Of a stretch of 64,000 bases of DNA, positions 60,110 to 64,000 are shown piece after piece. The DNA comes from Zancudomyces culisetae HAW-14-8. Lineage: Eukaryota; Fungi; Kickxellomycota. Numbering within the stretch: position 1 is the first letter of the stretch; each line of letters begins with the position of its first letter. The notes beneath the pieces are model-generated. The model searched no databases. It was not told the origin of the DNA and saw only the letters and a program-made list of their open reading frames with translations. Where the stretch lies: the NCBI GenBank assembly GCA_052426225.1, contig JBNJNM010000011.1:5146001-5210000 (forward strand), written 5' to 3'. The position numbers and the translations under genes are program-made.

Positions 60110-62460
60110 ATTTGATTCTTGATTTTAATTATAATTGTGAGAAGCTAATGCGCTGATGCAGTATGAAAATGGTGATGACTAAAATGTTTTTTTGTGGTTC
60201 TTAAAGGAACTTCAATTGTTGATGTACATCTTGTTTCAACAACATTCTGAACGTTTTACACTCTTTCCTTTCTCTCTGTTACCTCTATGCTATCCTTGAA
60301 ACTGCGTAAGGTGACCAATTGTAGTGTTTCCAATATATTTTAAAAAGTCTTCAATTTTTAGAAAGTCGACAAAGCATCTAGGTTTCAAAGCATTAGGCTG
60401 AATGAAAGTGTACTAAAAAATGATAATTTAGGTGTTATGTAATTCATAGTTTCTAATTTTAATCTTTGACAACTTTTCTATATTTGCTAGCCTCGCTTAC
60501 AATGTAGTGGTATACTAGAACTAGTAATCTTATAAGGTAGTAGAGCAATTTTTTCTGCTCATGAATTGTGTCTTATCGTAATTGGTAGATTAAAAATAAT
60601 TTTGTAATTATGACCTAATACTACACTAACTCTGTTCCGATAGTTTAAAAGCGTTTAATTCATGCAAGTAAAAATGGTTATGTAATCAAAATAATAAAAA
60701 TATCACACTCAAAATCGATTTACTACTTGAGAAGGTTTATCTAAAGCGATATTTTTAATTCATCTAAAAACAACACTATTCCACAAAATTCCCATTAAAA
60801 AGAGAAATTAGACCCATAAACTATTATACGTCCTTGAAAAAGATGTAAAACCGACAAAATGATCCGTTCCTGCAATTCCAAGGAATATTACTCCTTAATT
60901 CCATTCTTCCCGACAAGAGGTGGCCATTGGGTTTAATTATTAGATTGGTAATAGTTACAAATTTGTTACAAATCTAAAATTACGTTTCTATACCTCTCAC
61001 CAACGAATACACCAGATAACTAACAAGGCCAAAGAGCGTTTTAAAAGACAAGATAGATTTCGAGTTTCTAGCCTCGAGAAAGACAGCACTTACACTAATA
61101 AATTATTCAAAAGCATTTTCTATTAATAAGTGAGTAGAATTAACCCGTGTTTTAAATCAAGGTGTATTATCAATCACACAATGTGATGTATTCATATGCT
61201 AATGATGCTTTCAGTTTACCTAATAATAATGGCCTTAATATATCTCGATACCAAGCTATTTGAAAGCTAAAGTAACGTGCAAAACATTCTTACAAAGATA
61301 GAAAAGAACGGAATCAAATTGTTTTTAATGTCTAAATAATAGCCTTATGAATAAATATTTACATGTTTTCATCAAAAAGAGTACACTTGGCTTATAATTA
61401 TAAGTAAACAAAGCCCAATAAAGTAATATTAATCTTTATATGTGGCATGGTCAACCAGGAGACTACCCTAGCCTCATACTTGTTTTTATTTAGTATGTAA
61501 ATACTGGAGTTTCAATAGTATACTCCAAGGCGATGGTTCAATTTATTGTAAAATTGCGAGTTTTTAATTTTGATTCTTTTTCCTACATTATCAATGATTG
61601 TTTTTGTATGCTCATTAAATCTTAATTTATAAAAGGTTAAATTACCTAAATTAGAATCATGCGCCTACCTAGTCTTGAAATTAACATGTAGAAGAGCCTA
61701 ATTAATATGTCAATTATCTCTAAAGGCATAAATATAATTCGTACTATAATCCCGAAGTGAGGTTAATAACCATATTTGCTTAAAATGGGCCAATCAATTA
61801 AGCGCTAGAATTTGAATGACACTTCCAATCAGTAAGCACTCGGTACATCTATCATTACAAATATTCTCGTATCACAATTATATAGGTAACTGCAACATAT
61901 TCAACAAATTATAAATGCTGATTACGATATGATTTAAAATAGAATATGCAATTTCAAAAAAAACAAGCGTACTTCGGGTCATCTAGTACATGATAAATAA
62001 TTTACAAACCCTGAATGCCACCGGTACCGTTTATACTGTGATATGTCTTTTTTTAGATTTTACATTTCCCTCAAAAACCGGAATAGATTACTAAAAATAA
62101 TTTTTTTTCTCTTTCGTTCAAATGCAAACGGCCAAAAATATTGATTCTCTAAGTAAAAGCCTTTGTATTTCTTTAATTTTTAGAGAACATCAAGGTAAAA
62201 GCATTGACATTAGGTATCATAAAACAAGTTATGCCCATTAAATGTTAACTCTGATACCTATTAATCAACTTTTTAATTCATGATCTAAAAACAGTTGTAC
62301 TATTTTGAGCGAGCTGTTAGAGGAACGATTTTCCGATTAATTCGGATATCATGACAATAGTTGTAAGTCATTGTTACCAGCTATCTAGCTATTTTCACTA
62401 GTAAATTTTAATTCTATACACCATTATACTTACAAAGAAGAGGAGCACAACAACAAAAAG

Positions 62461-62478
62461 TATAAAAAGTCCAGATTT
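62461..62478 (+). promoter_or_regulatory. TATA box with degenerate N5-AGATTT element
   Basis: aaaaagTATAAAAagtccAGATTT, about 110 bp upstream of ATG 62573. Confidence 0.5.
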
Positions 62479-62572
62479 TTTTCAGAATCCTATTCTATAC
62501 AATTCAAAAACATTTACAACTTTATCCTATATAAAAAGTGAATAGCTTGAAATAATCAAAAAATAAAATAAG

Positions 62573-62995
62573 ATGGTAAATATTTTGTTGACAACCGCAA
62601 TTTTGATTGCCTCAAAGCTTGTAGCTGGTGCTAGCATTCCAGATACCCAGACATATATTTCTAAAAGGCAAGACGACGACAATCGCAACATCTGCTATGG
62701 AGACAATAAAAAGCAATACCCTAACAAATTTCTAAATATTGAAATGTTTGCACAAAGGTCAAGGATAAATACAATTGGTTTCAAAACAATTAATCCAAAT
62801 CGTTGCTATGTCATGCCAACTACTGGTTCCTGCTTGCTTAATGGTGGTACGCCTGGTGAAGGAACAATAATGTTCTGCACTGGAACCAACTGCGATGGTT
62901 ACTGCCGGGCTCAACCAAGACAAGTCTGGTATACCCCCGGAGATATGCAGAAAGATATTGGAGGGCTTGCAAATTCAGTTTATTGGACAATTTGA
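62573..62995 (+). CDS. Small secreted Cys-rich protein, crystallin-like family, paralogue D
   Basis: Signal peptide, pro-peptide ending KR (Kex2-type), LNIEMF..PNRCY..GSCLL..GTIMFCTGTNCDGYC..ANSVYW. Confidence 0.8.
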   Translation: MVNILLTTAILIASKLVAGASIPDTQTYISKRQDDDNRNICYGDNKKQYPNKFLNIEMFAQRSRINTIGFKTINPNRCYVMPTTGSCLLNGGTPGEGTIMFCTGTNCDGYCRAQPRQVWYTPGDMQKDIGGLANSVYWTI

Positions 62996-64000
62996 TAAGT
63001 GATGAAAGTGCATTACTTCACGAGCCGTCAAGAACGCATTTAAATTTGCATAGTTACTCTTATTTTCATTATATCATTCACATTTAATTTAGCTACTATT
63101 TTATAGCATAGCATAAAAAAACTTTACAAAAATATATTCTCAGAATTTGTTTTTATATTAAATTAAAGCTGATCTGAAGATCTTTGAAGTATATATTGTA
63201 TTTTTAGTGATATTATAGACAAATTATAAAACAACTTAATATATCTATGGAGACCGCTTAACTCTAGATTTTTGGTAGTGAAGTACCTAAAATGTAATTT
63301 AACTTTGTATATGAAATCAATTAGTCTATTAATTTTCTTAATGTAAATATGCTATTGTATCTAAAGTATATCGAACACATATGGACCATCAAAAATTGTT
63401 ATTAAAATGTATTCATTAATCGAGGAAAAACAGTGTAACTGATTTGAATCGTAAAGTAAATAGCACTAAAATAAAAAGTTATACAAATAAAAACCTCGAT
63501 AAAATCATCTCATCTTAGCTTCTTTAATCTGTTGATTGTAGTACTAATTTCCATAGTTGCAGTCTATTGAGAAACCTAAAGTAGTTTAGATCAGACTCTA
63601 TAGATGTTTTATTTTTGGTTGCTGTTTTAATCTAGTAGAAATGTTTTATGCCCTACTTGGAGGCTATTGGCTACTAAGATATACTCGAGTAAAACAACTA
63701 TAGTTTATAATTAACAATATTGTGTACTATTATAATGTTCAGATGCAACAAATTAACTTTTCTAAAAATTTTATTAATTTTATAGAACAAACTCAAATGC
63801 ATAACTGTCAAATAAGAGTATCAATAAAATTAACTTACAAATTACAACTGATGAGAAATCCAATATGTTTAATATTTTGTTATTAATGTATGCATCGTCT
63901 ATTTAGGCTAAACTCGACTTTGTTCTCTCATAAGTAGATAATGAATTAGGCCTTGTATCATTTTTCAATATTTTAAAATATTCCAACTATTAACATTCAT

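Noticed and set aside
1-64000. tRNA, rRNA or CRISPR arrays
   Set aside because: No cloverleaf, rRNA-like segment or repeat-spacer array seen; isolated GTTCGA words (e.g. about 51268) lack tRNA stems.

Overview
AT-rich eukaryotic (fungal) genomic DNA with short GT-AG introns. Gene content (single-chain fused FAS, AA11 LPMO, DUF5092-like protein, orphan Fungal_trans-domain protein) suggests an early-diverging fungus, plausibly Kickxellomycotina/Harpellales insect-gut fungi; this assignment is inference. The left half (1-33 kb) is gene-dense and mostly housekeeping: calcineurin A (5' part), BLOC1S2, Swi5/Sae3, MSL5/BBP, a DUF5092-like membrane protein, PTEN/TEP1, a secreted degenerate PEBP, an intronless 4064-aa fused fatty acid synthase, an SH3BGR-like protein, a stand-alone PGAP2/CWH43-N protein and a hypothetical gene with a GC-AG intron. 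The right half (33-64 kb) is gene-sparse and accessory-like: an atypical P450, a HIR1 pseudogene fragment, a Fungal_trans protein, and an island of intronless secreted-protein genes. The two best candidates for new biology are: (1) a FAS with a remodelled ketosynthase acyl tunnel (Tyr at the yeast F1279 position, Ala-Val at G1250-M1251) and an apparently dead PPT domain, i.e. a possible specialised or short-chain FAS; (2) the secreted island, with four paralogues (one pseudogenised) of a small Cys-rich beta/gamma-crystallin-like family, a mirror-symmetric His/Arg/Gly-(AVG)n protein and a chitin-type AA11 LPMO, whose five intact genes share a TATA-N5-TGGTTT-like core promoter. All family assignments come from motif recognition by eye; no searches were run.
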